Shown: one piece after another, positions 1-12,485 of the stretch
How positions within the stretch are numbered: position 1 is the stretch's first letter
Layout of the letters: each line of letters begins with the position of its first letter
Assembly: GCF_006345805.1 (NCBI RefSeq)
Contig: NW_021834812.1
Span: 1 to 45,379 of the forward strand
Source: Octopus sinensis
Taxonomy: Eukaryota
DNA length: 45,379 bases
Direction of reading: 5' to 3'
The notes under the pieces: model-generated
What the model was told of the DNA's origin: nothing
The model's database searches: none
The model's input: the letters and a program-made list of their open reading frames with translations, nothing else
Translations under genes and position numbers: made by a program

Positions 1-267
1 CACACGTCCACATATAGGAATACATACACAAAGTTAAATAGTCGAAGATAGATATATCTATACACCTACACACACACACGCACACAGACACACACACGCA
101 CAAAGAGGCTCATACACACTCACAAACTCACACACAATTACACACATAAATTAAAATGTCAGTTCGCATGCGAGATTGTGTATGTGAATGCATTTTCATA
201 TAAGGGTATTCAGGAGCACATACATATATGTATACAGACGTATATACATATATATACACATAAATAT

Positions 268-303
<36 letters not shown>

Positions 304-337
304 CTATTATATATAGACACGTGTGTGTGTGTATATA

Positions 338-371
<34 letters not shown>

Positions 372-384
372 GTGTGTGTGTGTG

Positions 385-415
<31 letters not shown>

Positions 416-608
416 ATGTGTATATATAAATATATCTATATATATATATAGAGAGAGAGAGAGAAAGAGAAAACGTGAATATATACATGAATACATATAT
501 ATATTTATATAGATATATATATATATATATATACGTGCTGTTTGTATATATATCTGTATATACATATATCTGTATACACACACGCACGCAGACTTATATA
601 TTATATTC

Positions 609-652
<44 letters not shown>

Positions 653-1960
653 TGCATACGCGGTGTATAGTTATAAAAATATTGAATGTATATATGCATA
701 TATATAAACACACACACAACACCACCACACACACATATATATATATATATATACAGTATATGTACAATCATGTATAGGTATGCATGCATATATAAATGCT
801 TGCATGTGTGTGTGTTTCTATGTGCGTGCGCATGTGTGCGTGTGGGCGCGTGGTATATTTATATGTTTGTGTGTTTGACTAGCTGAAACCAGTGAAAAAC
901 CAGTCATAAACAAATATTTAAATGGGATTTCATGTAAAACAAGATTGCTAACTGGCGAAGCAGTTTTGCAACTGTTTTGTTTCTTTGCTTTTGTTTGGTG
1001 TTTTGCTTTCTTTTTTTCCCCCTTATTTCTTCCCCCTTTTTCACACAACAACTGAGATGGTGATGAGGGCGACCTCTAGTGATATTATTTGAAACCCACC
1101 TATCTTCCTGCTTCTTCTCACTTAGCGCGTGTAATAATGGATAAGGCATTCTGGGACTTATTGAAAACATGATATCAAAATTGTTCCATAACATTGTGAC
1201 ATGTTACATCTGATACTTGCATTAAATATATGCATACATGCATGTTTACATACATACAGACATACATGCATGCATATACACACGCATAGGTACAAACACG
1301 CGCAAAAATGCACACGTCCCCGTGCGTTTTATTCGATTTGCATAAGCGTATAGTCTCTTTACTGTTAACTTACATGCACATATATATATATATATACGTA
1401 TATGTATGGATGGCTCGATGGATGGATGTGTGTGAGGGTGTATTGAGACACACACACATATATATATAATATATATATATATATATACAAACAAATTTAT
1501 ACATAGATATAGATGTACATTTATTTGCGAGTGCGTATGTATGTATACGTATATAGACACATTTATATAAATAGGTATAGAGAAGCATACAAATATATAT
1601 ACTATAGAAATTTGTCTATGTGAGTGTGTATATCATATTATAATATATATATATATATAAGATATATATATATATATTATATATATATATACTATATTAT
1701 TCATACATATATATATAAATATATCCATCCATACATAGATGTATCTGTATATATATATATAAATTTTTGCGTAATGAGATAAAAAAAAACCAAGGCTGTG
1801 TAGATATTAGAACATTTATAGATAGGTCTTACAACTATATGCATATATATATATATATATATTTATGCATATGTGTGTATATGTGTCTATGTGTGCATGC
1901 GCATGCTAGTGTATATATGTGTATGTGTTTGTGCATGTCGGTGTTTGCCTGTGCAGGTGT
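1..1960. repeat. Mosaic (CA)n/(AT)n/(GA)n/(TG)n microsatellite field with a non-repetitive island at about 860-1220
   Basis: Dinucleotide runs visible directly; ORFs here are YIYI/HTHT/CVCV translations. Confidence 0.95.
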
Positions 1961-2082
1961 GTTTATTTGGATGAATAATATATAACGTGTCATATTGGGT
2001 GAGAAAAAACAAAGACGACGGTGACAGGAAGTGCAATGCTACTATTATCATCTTCACGTAATTTGGGGAAGAGTGAACGTTA

Positions 2083-3140
2083 TTCTTATAACTTTAGGCA
2101 CTAGGCCCGAAATGTTTTGAGAGTGGGGGGGGGGCAGTCGATTGCATGGACCCCCACTGATTTACTGGTACTTAATTTATCGATCTCGAAAGGATGAAAG
2201 GCAAAGTCGACCTTGGCAGAATTTGAACTCAGAACATAAAGACAGACGAAATACCGCTAAGCATTTCGCCCGGAGTGCTAACGTTTCTTATTTCTTTACT
2301 GCTCACAAGGGGACAAACACAGAGGGGACAAAGAAAGACAGACAAACGGATTAAATTGATTATATCGACCCCAGTGCGTAACTGGTACTTATTTAATCGA
2401 CCCCGAAAGGATGGAAGGCAAAGTCGACCTTGGCGGAATTTGAACTCAGAACATAAAGACAGACGAAATACAGCTAAGCATTTAGCCCGGCGTACTAACG
2501 TTTCTTATTTCTTTACTGCTCACAAGGGGCTAACAGAGGGGACAAAGAAAGACAGACAAACGGATTAAATTGATTATATCGACCCCAGTACGTAACTGGT
2601 ACTTATTTAATCGACCCCGAAAGGATGAAAGGCAAAGTCGACCTTGGCGGAATTTGAACTCAGAACGTAAAGACAGACGAAATACAGCTAAGCATTTAGC
2701 CCGGCGTACTAACGTTTCTTATTTCTTTACTGCTCACAAGGGGCTAACAGAGGGGACAAAGAAAGACAGACAAACGGATTAAATTGATTATATCGACCCT
2801 AGTGCGTAACTGGTACTTATTTAATCGACCCCGAAAGGATGAAAGGCAAAGTCGACCTTGGCGGAATTTGAACTCAGAACGTAAAGACAGACGAAATACC
2901 GCTAAGCATTTCGCCCGGCGTGCTAACGTTTCTTATTTCTTTACTGCTCACAAGGGGACAAAGAAAGACAGACAAACGGATTAAACTGATTATATCGACT
3001 CTAGTGCGTAACTGGTACTTATTTAATCGACCCCGAAAGGATAAAAGGCAAAGTCGACCTTGGCGGAATTTGAACTCAGAACATAAAGACAGACGAAATA
3101 CAGCTAAGCATTTCGCCCGGCGTGCTAACGTTTCTGCCAT
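2083..3140 (-). mobile_element. Head-to-tail pentamer of a tRNA-derived SINE with a Meta-like central domain
   Basis: Anchor GTCGACCTTGG at 2206, 2423, 2637, 2851, 3053 (periods 217/214/214/202). Minus strand contains GTCGACTTTGCCTTTCATCCTTTCGGGGTCGAT, resembling the MetaSINE domain, and the B-box-like GAGTTCAAATTCC. Confidence 0.85.
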
Positions 3141-3319
3141 TCATTCTAATAACGTAACCACCCACGGTCCCGTAACCCAAGGGAAATTAATATTAAATGA
3201 AACTCACGTATTTGCCCTCTCGGTACTCATTTGCGTTCCGAATACTCACAGAGCTGATTTAAGGAGATTTAAGGAGATTATCCTCTCATCTGTTCATTTC
3301 GAGTGATGTTGTCATTTTT

Positions 3320-4322
3320 CGCGGTCCGACGTCTCCATTGCGAGCAGTGGCGTGCCTCAAGGTTCAGTGCTTGGGCCCTTGTTGTTCCTAGTCTTCATAA
3401 ATGACTTGCCCAACGACCTCACGCAACACACCCTTCTATTTGCCGACGATATCAAACTGGTCGCTCCTCGCGGTAATATAGAGGATCTTCGTCGATGCCT
3501 CCACCAAATTTGGAAGTGGTCTAACAATTGGGACCTGTGCCTGAACGTGTCAAAGTGCTGTCATCTGCCTGTCGGCTCTACTCCTGCAACTCAACTTGAT
3601 TTCGAGCCGGGTCGTCTGCTGCTGGAGAGGACCGATCAGGTAAAGGACCTAGGTATCTTGGTGGATTCCTCCTTTTCGCCTTCGGCCCAGTGCGTCCATG
3701 CTGCCAACAAAGCACGCGGAATTCTGTTCTTGATTCGACGGTCATTCGGAATGCTCACAGCAGCCATATTCCTACCACTCTATGTCACGCTGGTGAGACC
3801 CATATTGGAGTATGGGATTCAAGCCTCTTCTCCTCTTATCTCCTCAAAACATACACATCTCGAAGAGTCCAGAAGCTGGCTACCCGCATGGTTCATGGTC
3901 TCAAAATTTCCTACGAAGAAAGGCTGAGGACGCTCGACCTTTATTCTCTTGAAAAACGCCGCCGCCGTGGTGATCTCATTCTCATCTCGCCCACAACATC
4001 ATAAGCGGAAAGTGTACCTCTCGAAAGAGCTGTTCTTCACTCCTGCTCCAGAGCGTCGGCTGCGGGGTCATTCCGAAAAGCTCTACTTGCGACGATTTCA
4101 TCTCAATCGAAGAGAGGAGCTTTCTCCGTCCGGGTTGCGGATCCGTGGAACAAGCTGCCAGACGAGATGGTGAAGATGCCGACGACCGCTTTGTTCAAAG
4201 CCTACCTTGACCTCAAGTGGCCTGAACTCTTTACATGAACACCACCTTGTACTTAACTCCATGTCCCCCTACATGGCCTTGTTATTTACTTTTGAGCCAA
4301 ATTAACTAACTAACTAACTAAC
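3320..4322 (+). mobile_element. 5'-truncated, frameshifted CR1/L2-group LINE (RT C-terminal half, 3' UTR, (CTAA)n tail)
   Basis: GVPQGSVLGPLLFLVFIND...LFADDIKL, LVRPILEYG, VQKLATRMV..SYEERL..LDLYSLEKRRRRGDLI, RLRGH and WNKLP motifs spread over three frames; ends in taactaactaacta. Confidence 0.9.
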
Positions 4323-4344
4323 ATGTCTGGAACTTCATTTCTTC

Positions 4345-4710
4345 TTTCCTTTTGTTTCAGTCATTTTGACTGTGGCCACGCCTTATAGTTGAAGAAATCG
4401 AGCCCCTGGACTTATACTTTGTAAACCTGGTGCTTATTCTATCGGCCCCTGAGACTTATTCTCTTGCCGAACCGCGAAGTTACGGGGACGTAAACACACC
4501 AAAATCGGTTGTCAAGCGATAGTGGAGGGACGAACAGAAACACACACACAAATATAGACATATTTATTACTGACAGGCTTCTTTCAGTTTCCGTCTAGCA
4601 CACCCACTCACATGGCTTTGGTCGGCCTGAGGCTATAGTAGAAGACACTTGCTCAAAGTGCTACACGGTGGAACCGAACCATGTGGTTGGAAAGCAAGCT
4701 TCTTACCACT
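4345..4710 (-). mobile_element. tRNA-derived SINE with a CORE-like domain (octopus OR2-like; exact name unverified)
   Basis: Reverse complement of the family seen at 8948-9391; diverged. Confidence 0.8.
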
Positions 4711-4880
4711 GGAATAAGCTACCGGACGAGATAGTGAAGATGCCGACGACCGCTCGGTTCAAAGTCTCTCTTGACCAGAAATGGCCTGAACTCTTTGCAT
4801 GAACACCCTCCCTGTACATAACTCCATGTCCCCCATGAGCCAAAAAATTAACTTAACTTAACTCAACTTAACTTAACTTA
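4711..4880 (+). mobile_element. Second, diverged 3' end of the same CR1-group LINE, inserted near the SINE head
   Basis: gacgagatagtgaagatgccgacgaccgc...ggcctgaactcttt aligns to about 4147-4320; (CTTAA)n tail. Confidence 0.85.
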
Positions 4881-5336
4881 AAACACACACACACCTGTGC
4901 CAATCTTGAAATATTTTTTCCGAAGTCAATACCCTTTTCATATCATCTACTCCCATGATGAGACCAACCAATATTAATCTTTGTTGGAATGTCAATGTCG
5001 CACGAACATTTCTGGGTGTCATTTACTGTAATATCGAACTGCTTGTTATTGATTTACAGAGGACACCCTATACACCTCCGCTACTTTATCTATCGATTTC
5101 ATGTGTAGATTTATCTTGAACTTTATGCATTTCCTAACACAATACTCATTTCCGTGTTTACTACCTCATAACACGACCAAAGAATTTTAATGTCTGTTTG
5201 AGAGTCAAAAATTCAAAAATATTCTTAGGTTAGCGAAATCCTTTTCTAGAACGTTGGATTTCGAATCAGGCAATGCTATAAATAATAGCATGTAAATATG
5301 GGGCTAAAAAAAGTCCTTTGGTTAGAAAAGTCGAAG

Positions 5337-5403
5337 GCTGCCAGTGAGAATCGAACCCGAATCTTCTATAAACATGCAAGACGTTCTACCATTCAACCAA
5401 AGC
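5337..5403 (-). pseudogene. Degenerate tRNA-like sequence (tRNA pseudogene or SINE head)
   Basis: Minus strand shows A-box-like TGGTTGAATGGTAG and B-box GGTTCGATTCTC; acceptor and anticodon stems pair poorly. Confidence 0.45.
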
Positions 5404-5619
5404 AATCCTTCGAATTTCCCTGTACATCTTAGAAATTTTTTCTGACCAACGAGAATTAGAATTAGATATTATTGACGTCTCAAGAATTCAGAAACTTCGA
5501 GAGAATGAGAAATAATTATTTTTGGGAACGGTGAATCTAGAAACAAATAAAGCTATAAATAATAGCGTGTAAATATTTGTTTAAAACATCCTTTGGATAG
5601 AAAAATGTCAAAGGTTCCA

Positions 5620-5945
5620 CATGCTGTGATATCGATCTGCTTGTTCTTTTTGAATATATGATATTCCCAATAGCATTCTTCTCTAACACCACGTGATTGC
5701 TGCATTAATGTCCCTCCTACATGTTTCGTTAATTGTTCACATTTCGCAGTAATAAATCCATATTGGTTCTACCATATCTTTTAGCCATCTTGCATTTTTC
5801 TTTTCCTTGCGACACTTCAATATCCTTCAAATTTTCTACATCGTTGTATGAAACATCTTAAGGGATATTTCGGGTTTAGTTTAAACGAAAAGAGCAGGTC
5901 TTGGGGATACTTGGCATCTTCCATATTCTTCAACCATGTAGCCAA
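5620..5945 (-). mobile_element. Possible highly decayed RTE-type LINE C-terminal coding relic
   Basis: Minus-strand peptide WLKNMEDAKYPQDLLFS resembles the RTE-type 'RMEDxRxPKQLLFG' segment; several stops and frameshifts. Confidence 0.25.
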
Positions 5946-6012
5946 GAAAAATAGAATTAACAATTCGTGACTGTGTGGTCAAGTCTCTTGGTTCCTAATT
6001 ATGTGATCTTTT

Positions 6013-6387
6013 GTGGGGGCGCAATGGCCCAGTGGTTATGGACTCGCGGTCGTAGAATCGTGGTTTCGATTCCCAGACCGGGCGTTGTGAGTGTTTATTG
6101 AGCGAAAACATCTAAAGCTCCACAAAGCTCCGGCAGTGGGTGGTGGTGGACCCTGCTGTACTCTTTAACCACAACTTTCTCTCACTCTTTCTTGCTGTTT
6201 CTCTTGTACTTGTATTTCAAAGGACCAGCTTTGTCACACCCTGTGTCACGCTGAATCTCCCCCGAGAACTACGTTAAGGGTACACGTGTCTGTGGAGTGC
6301 TCAGCCACTTGCACGTTACTTTCACGAGCAGGTTGTTTCGTTGTTCTGATCAATCGGAACCCTCGTCGTCGTAACCCACGGAGTGCC
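6013..6387 (+). mobile_element. tRNA-derived SINE, head A + tail X
   Basis: GGGGCGCAATGGCCCAGTGG...GGTTTCGATTCCC head; tail AAGGGTACACGTGTCTGTGGAG...CGTCGTCGTAACC shared with 40593-40918. Confidence 0.85.
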
Positions 6388-6404
6388 ATGAAAGATGGGA
6401 TCTT

Positions 6405-6580
6405 GAAATCAAACCCACTGCGTGGTACCTTGACCAAATGTGTTCTACAATAGCCACAGGCCCGTCAATGCTTTCAGAGGGGATTTGGTAGACGGAACCG
6501 GAAACTGAAAGAAAACGGTCATGTGTGTGTGTGTGTCTTTAAGATCGTCCCTCACCATCGCTTGAAAAACTCTGTTAGTT
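6405..6580 (+). mobile_element. Degenerate CORE-like SINE fragment
   Basis: cccactgcgtggtaccttg...gatttggtagacgg...ggaaactgaaagaa matches the 8948 family. Confidence 0.7.
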
Positions 6581-6589
6581 TTTCTTCCC

Positions 6590-6848
6590 GCATGACCTAG
6601 TGGTTAAAATAATTCCGATTCCAAGACCGGCATCGAGTTAGTTGTGTTCTTGAGCAAAACACTTCACTCCACGTAGTTCCACTCCACTCAACCTTAAATG
6701 GATAACTCTGAGATATATTGATGTTGCGTTTAGGTGCAACGTTAGCTTGCCCATTTAGCCAGCATGATGGCATCATTCGAAAGCTGCATCAATGCGAGGA
6801 AAGGCACTGTGACCAGCGGTGTACAACAACATCCGAGAATCTGGTCAA
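6590..6848 (+). mobile_element. Degenerate SINE, head B + tail Z
   Basis: gtgttcttgagcaaaacacttca as in 14829/19206; tail ttagccagc...tcattcgaaagct...tgtgaccagcg...aacatc aligns to the tail of 22161-22412. Confidence 0.65.
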
Positions 6849-6890
6849 TACAGTGATACAGTGATTTTTCGCTGTACATCTTGAAATATA

Positions 6891-7294
6891 TATTTCTTTA
6901 CTACCCACAAGGGGCTAAACATAGAGGGGACAACCAAGGACAGACAAACGGATTAAGTCGATTACATTGACCCCAGTGTGTAACTGGTACTTAATTTATC
7001 GACCCCGAAAAGATAAAAGGCAAAGTCTACCTCGGCAAATTTGAACTCAGAACGTAACGGCAGACGAATACCTATTTCTTACTACCCCACGGGGCTAACA
7101 CAGAGAGGACAAACAAGGAAGACAAACTGATTTTCTATTACATCGACCCCAATGCGTAACTGGTACTTATTTATCGACCCCGAAAGGATGAAAGGCAAAG
7201 TCGACCTCGGCGGAATTCGAACTCAGAACGTAACGGCAGACGAAATACCGCTAAGCATTTCGCCCGGCGTGCTAACATTTCTGCCAGCTCGCCG
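6891..7294 (-). mobile_element. Dimeric Meta-like SINE flanked by a 14-bp target-site duplication
   Basis: One full and one head-truncated unit; CATCTTGAAATATA at 6877-6890 and 7295-7308. Confidence 0.85.
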
Positions 7295-7989
7295 CATCTT
7301 GAAATATAAAGCGGAAAATATACAACTTGGTATAAACCCTGTCTTTGTCAAAATTTTAGCCTCTCCAGATACATTTATCCAAGCACCATATTCTGTATAA
7401 CGGTTATCCATTAGCAGAATTAAATGCTACTTCTTGCCGCTACATCGATATCCTTTGAAGATTTATACCATAAACACTTAGCCGTATTGATGAAACTAAT
7501 AAGAACGTCGTCGTTGTGGTACACAGATACTCTCTGAGTATGTAGTTTGGAAGCATTGTTCTTTCAGTTCTTGAAATCAGCTTCTTCTGCAGTTAATTCA
7601 CTTTCCCTAATGGGTTCATGGCAGGTTAAACATTTTTTAAAAATCAATTTTGCTCGCATGAAATGTGAGAATAAATGACATCTAACCTATTACAATCCAA
7701 CACGTCGCCCGTCTTTTAAATGGGAATATACAGGGTTAGACAAAAATCACCCGACGGTAAATTAAAAAATTTCAGAAATACTTGAAATTCAATTTTATTT
7801 ATTCATTCCAATTATGAATGTTTGATGATTGAACGCTGTGAGTTAAAAATCTCCTACTTCTTTTTTATTCGTAACTGTGTTGTTGTTGATAAAAGTTCTT
7901 TGTCTAGCTACTTATCCTCTTGGTGATTTTGGATAAAAAGAAAATAATACTAATGAGTCCTTCGAATTTAATTAAATTCTATATTTTTG

Positions 7990-8076
7990 TGCAGCTGAAG
8001 ATTGCTCTACATTTTAAATTGATGTAATGTTTGCATTGTTCAATTAAATGGAGTCGCATGAAACGATCGTACTGCA
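7990..8076 (+). ncRNA. Predicted type-I hammerhead ribozyme with a long stem II
   Basis: UGCAG(7990-94) CUGAAGA(7995-8001), 58-nt AU-rich insert, GAAAC(8060-64) GAUC GUA(8069-71) CUGCA(8072-76). Stem III palindrome ACGAUCGU. The closing pair of stem II is a U-U mismatch. Confidence 0.65.
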
Positions 8077-8209
8077 TTACCTCTGGATATTATCCTTGTT
8101 GCTTATTTTGATTATAATCACCTGATTTTAAATTGTATCGATAATACCATACTAATTTCTGGTGCCCTTAACTTAAGTACCATATTCACCTGAATCTAAA
8201 TTTTACTGA

Positions 8210-8490
<281 letters not shown>

Positions 8491-8865
8491 TCACCTCCAG
8501 ACAGACCTTTCGCGATACCCTTAAAGCGAGGAGCTTATCAGCTTATCTCACTCGTATTGTGAGAGAATATTCATTGACGTCGTAATCACCGTTGACACCT
8601 AAATGTCTCGAGCCCTAAGGGCCAGTAAACCGAGATCATAAAATACACCCCGGACAAGACGCTAGTCTTTCGATGGCGTTACTCACAGCTAAGTAGATTT
8701 CAGCAACGTGAAATGAAGTGTTCACTCAAGAACCCGTAAGTGCGACCCTGCAATCATGCTTGTAGTACCCTAACCGCTGCGTCACGCGCCTTCACTCTTG
8801 GTATATCTATGTATTTGATTATCTGTCTATTTCTTTGTATGTATGTATGTATGTATGTATGTATG

Positions 8866-8910
<45 letters not shown>

Positions 8911-8947
8911 TACCTCTCGATTTATCTATGTATTTATCGATTCCTTT

Positions 8948-9111
8948 GAGTGGCTGTGTGGTAAGTAGCTTGCTTACCAACCACATGGTTCTGGGTTCAG
9001 TCCCACTGTGTGGCACCTTGGGCAAGTGTCTGCTACTATAGCCTCGGGCCGACCAAAGCCTTGTGAGTGGATTTGGTAGACGGAAACTGAAAGAAGCCCG
9101 TCGTATATATG

Positions 9112-9163
<52 letters not shown>

Positions 9164-9391
9164 TGTCTGTGTGTGTGTGTGTTTGTGTGTCTGTGTTTGT
9201 CACGCCAACATCGCTTGACAACCGATGCTGGTGTGTTTACGTCCCCGTAACTTAGCGGTTCGGCAAAAAGAGACCGATAGAATAAGTACTAGGCTTACAA
9301 AGAATAAGTCTCGGGGTCGATTTGCTCGACTAAAGGCGGTGCTCCAGCTTGGCCACAGTCAAATGACTGAAACAAGTAAAAGAGTAAAGAG
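8948..9391 (+). mobile_element. Full-length CORE-like SINE (OR2-like)
   Basis: GTGGCTGTGTGGTAAG head, GGGTTCAGTCCC B-box, CACCTTGGGCAAGTG CORE-like motif, internal (TG)n, AGTAAAAG tail. Confidence 0.9.
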
Positions 9392-9939
9392 TATGTATGT
9401 ATGTATTTTTGTATGTATATGCCTATCTGTCTGTCTATCTATCTGTTCATCAATCTATCTATCTATTTATTTATCTCTCTAGATATCTCTATCTACTACC
9501 CATCGATATATCTATCTATCTATTTGCCTATTTACCTACCTACCAACCCATCTACCTTCCTAACTACCAGCCTACCTACATATCTATATGCCTCTTTATC
9601 TGGAGATATATTTTGATTTATGGAAACACTCTACAGTGTGTCCTCTTCACAAAAGAATGGCAAACCCTCCAGCCCCAATCCAACGTCCTAAAGTACTTCC
9701 AACTTCACAAAAGGTTGTTGAAAGCTATAAACGACCATTTCCAAGGTTGTTGTTGTTGCTATTAAAGCTGCCTTTGTTACATTTTTATTTGTTGTTGTGT
9801 CGTTATTGCTGTTATTATAGTACATTATTTTGGCTTGGTTCAGGTTCGGTCTTATACCTGCTAGGGTTTATGTGGGTAGCTGGTTACTACTTGTAACCAT
9901 AGGTAGCCACAAGTTTTCAGCTGTGTTTCAAGTGCTTTT

Positions 9940-10150
9940 CAGCTGGCAGAGTCGTTAGCGCGCTGTACGAGATGCTTAGCGGTTCTCCACCCGTCGCTAC
10001 GTCCTGATTTCAAATCCCGCCGAGGTCGACTTTGCCTCTCAACCTAACGGTGTCGATAAAATAAGTACCAATTACGCACAGAGGTCGATGTAATTGGCTA
10101 ATCACCTCCTCGTAAAATTCCAGGCCTTGCGCCTACAGTAGAAAAGATTA
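9940..10150 (+). mobile_element. Diverged Meta-like SINE monomer followed by an (ATT/ACT)n tail
   Basis: AGCTGGCAGAGTCGTTAGC...GAGGTCGACTTTGCC...GTAGAAAAGATT. Confidence 0.85.
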
Positions 10151-10188
10151 TTATTACTACTACTACTACTACTACTATCATCATCATC

Positions 10189-10228
<40 letters not shown>

Positions 10229-10230
<2 letters not shown>

Positions 10231-10860
10231 TTCATTGTCATCTTCTTTCATTTCTGTTTCTATTTCTTCCCGAGTATCTTCTTGACACCTAGGACAGAGG
10301 AATGCACTGCATACCTTAGTAGGTCATTAAGATTAACACATCAGATTGTTCATTTCCAAAGTTATGTGATAGAGAAAAAGGGGAAGAAAGACAGAGAGAA
10401 AGATTTAAGAAATAAAAAATAAAGGCGAAAAGAGAAAGAAAATTCACAGCGACAATGCTCTTCTCAGTACGTCAGATGTATCAGTTAAGACAATCTTTTG
10501 CACTTCCTGTATGCATGGTAAGTCAGCGAGCATTCTTAACTAATTTCCAGTTCCTTTTTTTTATCATTCCAAGTGCTCCTACAATCACTGGTATTGTAAC
10601 CGTCTCGAGATGCCACATCTTTTCGATTTCGATTAGCAAATCTTTATATTCTCTGAGCTTATCAAATTCTTTTGTCGAGATATGACCACATGGCATGCTT
10701 ATCTCAATCAATAAACAGACTTTATTATTTTGGTCTTTCACAACTATATGTGGTTTATTAGCTTTGATGGTCCGGTCTGTACATACTGGGAAGTCCCAAA
10801 GAATCGTTACATCTGATTGTCCGGTCTGTACACAATGGTAAGTCCCCAAAAATCGTTGTT
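10229..10860 (-). mobile_element. 5'-truncated R4/Dong-like non-LTR retrotransposon (restriction-like endonuclease C-terminus + 3' UTR) within (TAA)n
   Basis: ILWDFPVCTDRTIKANKPHIVVKDQ..CLLIEIS..KEFDKL.EYKDL.IEIEKMWHL.T.TIPVIVGALG, then after a frameshift IQEVQKIVLT..SDVLRRALSL*. Both flanks are (ATT)n. Confidence 0.85.
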
Positions 10861-10873
10861 ATCATCATCATCA

Positions 10874-10917
<44 letters not shown>

Positions 10918-11098
10918 GAGTGAGAGAGCAGTTCATGGTATCAAAGTGACACTGGGGTAAAATATACGAAGCCCAATATACCCATCATGACTACCCGTCT
11001 GATAAGAGTACACCAGGCACATGCATCACAACCATATGTGCGCGACATGGTGATCGCATATCAAGATAAACAGCACATGACCTTGCAGGTGGGGCCCT
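10918..11098. repeat. Unclassified ~180-bp interspersed-repeat-like segment between two (ATT)n tracts
   Basis: Complex sequence bounded on both sides by pure (ATT)n. Confidence 0.45.
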
Positions 11099-11108
11099 AT
11101 TATTATTA

Positions 11109-11155
<47 letters not shown>

Positions 11156-11372
11156 AGTGGTGAGCCGGTAGAATCGTTAGCACGGAGGGCAAAATGTTTA
11201 GCGCCATTTTGTCCGTCATCACATTCTGAGTTCAAATTCCGCTGAGGTCGACTTTGCCTTTCATCCTTTCGGGGCCGATATCAAATAAGTACTAGTTACG
11301 CACTGGAGTCAATGTTATCGACTTAATCCCTTTCCCCAAAAGTTGAGGCCTAGTACTTCCAGTAGAAAGAAT
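11156..11372 (+). mobile_element. Meta-like SINE monomer
   Basis: GAATCGTTAGCAC...GAGTTCAAATTCC...GTCGACTTTGCCTTTCATCCTTTCGGGG. Confidence 0.85.
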
Positions 11373-11835
11373 CATTTTTGTTTTTGTCCGTACCTGTGGT
11401 GTGTGTCACACTTCAAAGAAGTGGCAAAGCGGGAGAGAGGAGGACAGATAGGAAGTAAGAGAGAAAGAGAAAGAGAGAGTCAGAGATAGTGAGTGCTGCT
11501 CTTTCAGCCATTTCTTTTAATCTGGAGCAAGAAAAGGTGGCAGGTCAGCTTATTTGATGTAAGGTAACGGCATTGTGATAACATTACTAGAATCTCGGGT
11601 AGTTGTGACTGCCTTTCCTAAGTCCATCTCGAAACTTCTAGAATGCAATTCGCGCATGTCGTTTACTGTCGCTGCTTATGTTGAGGCTGTGGATGCTGCT
11701 CACTACAAGGGGGATGATGAGGATCAGGATGATGATGAAGAGTAGAAGGAGGAGGTGGAGGTGAAAGAGGAGGAAGAAGCGGACGATGAGGAGGAGGATA
11801 TCGCTGTTGGACTGTTAGTGTACAATTAAAAGACG

Positions 11836-11891
11836 GTTTAGTAGTAGTAGTAGTAGTAGTAGTAGTACCAGCAAAAGTAGCAGTAGTAGAA

Positions 11892-11935
<44 letters not shown>

Positions 11936-11978
11936 CCATCAAAAGTAGCAGTAGCAGTAGTAGAATAGTAGTAGTAGT

Positions 11979-12020
<42 letters not shown>

Positions 12021-12079
12021 TAGTAGTAGTAGTAGTTTATGACAGTCGTCGCTGTAGGAGTTAGTACTACTACTACTAT

Positions 12080-12117
<38 letters not shown>

Positions 12118-12454
12118 TCACTACTACTACTACTACTACTACTATCACTACTACTACTACTACTACTGCTGCTGCTGCAACTACTACTTCTACTTCTATT
12201 ATCACCACCACTATCTCTACTACTATTACTACTACTACTACTACTATTGCTACTGCTACTATCACCACTACCATCAACACCACCACAATCATTACTACTA
12301 CTACTACTACTACTACAACTACTACTACTACTACTACTAGCAGTACTGCAATTGCAGCTACTGCTACTACAACTACTACTTCTAATATCACCGCCACCAC
12401 CACCACTATCTCTACTAGTACTACTATCACCACCACCACCATCACCACCACTAT

Positions 12455-12485
<31 letters not shown>

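Noticed and set aside
1095-1200. Possible exon after polypyrimidine-AG (RVIMDKAFWDLLKT*), or minus-strand ORF 904-1194
   Set aside because: Early stop, no donor site, no recognisable family.
128-1985. Many ORFs reading YIYIYI/HTHTHT/CVCVCV (also at 8-9, 16-18, 24, 30, 39, 42 and 44 kb)
   Set aside because: Translations of stop-free di- and tetranucleotide microsatellites.
3352-4173. CR1 ORF pieces as a functional RT gene
   Set aside because: 5'-truncated, no endonuclease domain, multiple frameshifts.
5715-5760. Minus-strand GAAAC AU GUA palindrome
   Set aside because: No core and no stem I partner upstream.
7729-7760. TA-CAGGGT as a Tc1-like terminal inverted repeat
   Set aside because: No matching opposite end or transposase remnant found.
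8492-8550. Minus-strand CUGAUAA...GAAA...GUC
   Set aside because: Unpaired C3/A8, mismatched stem III, no stem I.
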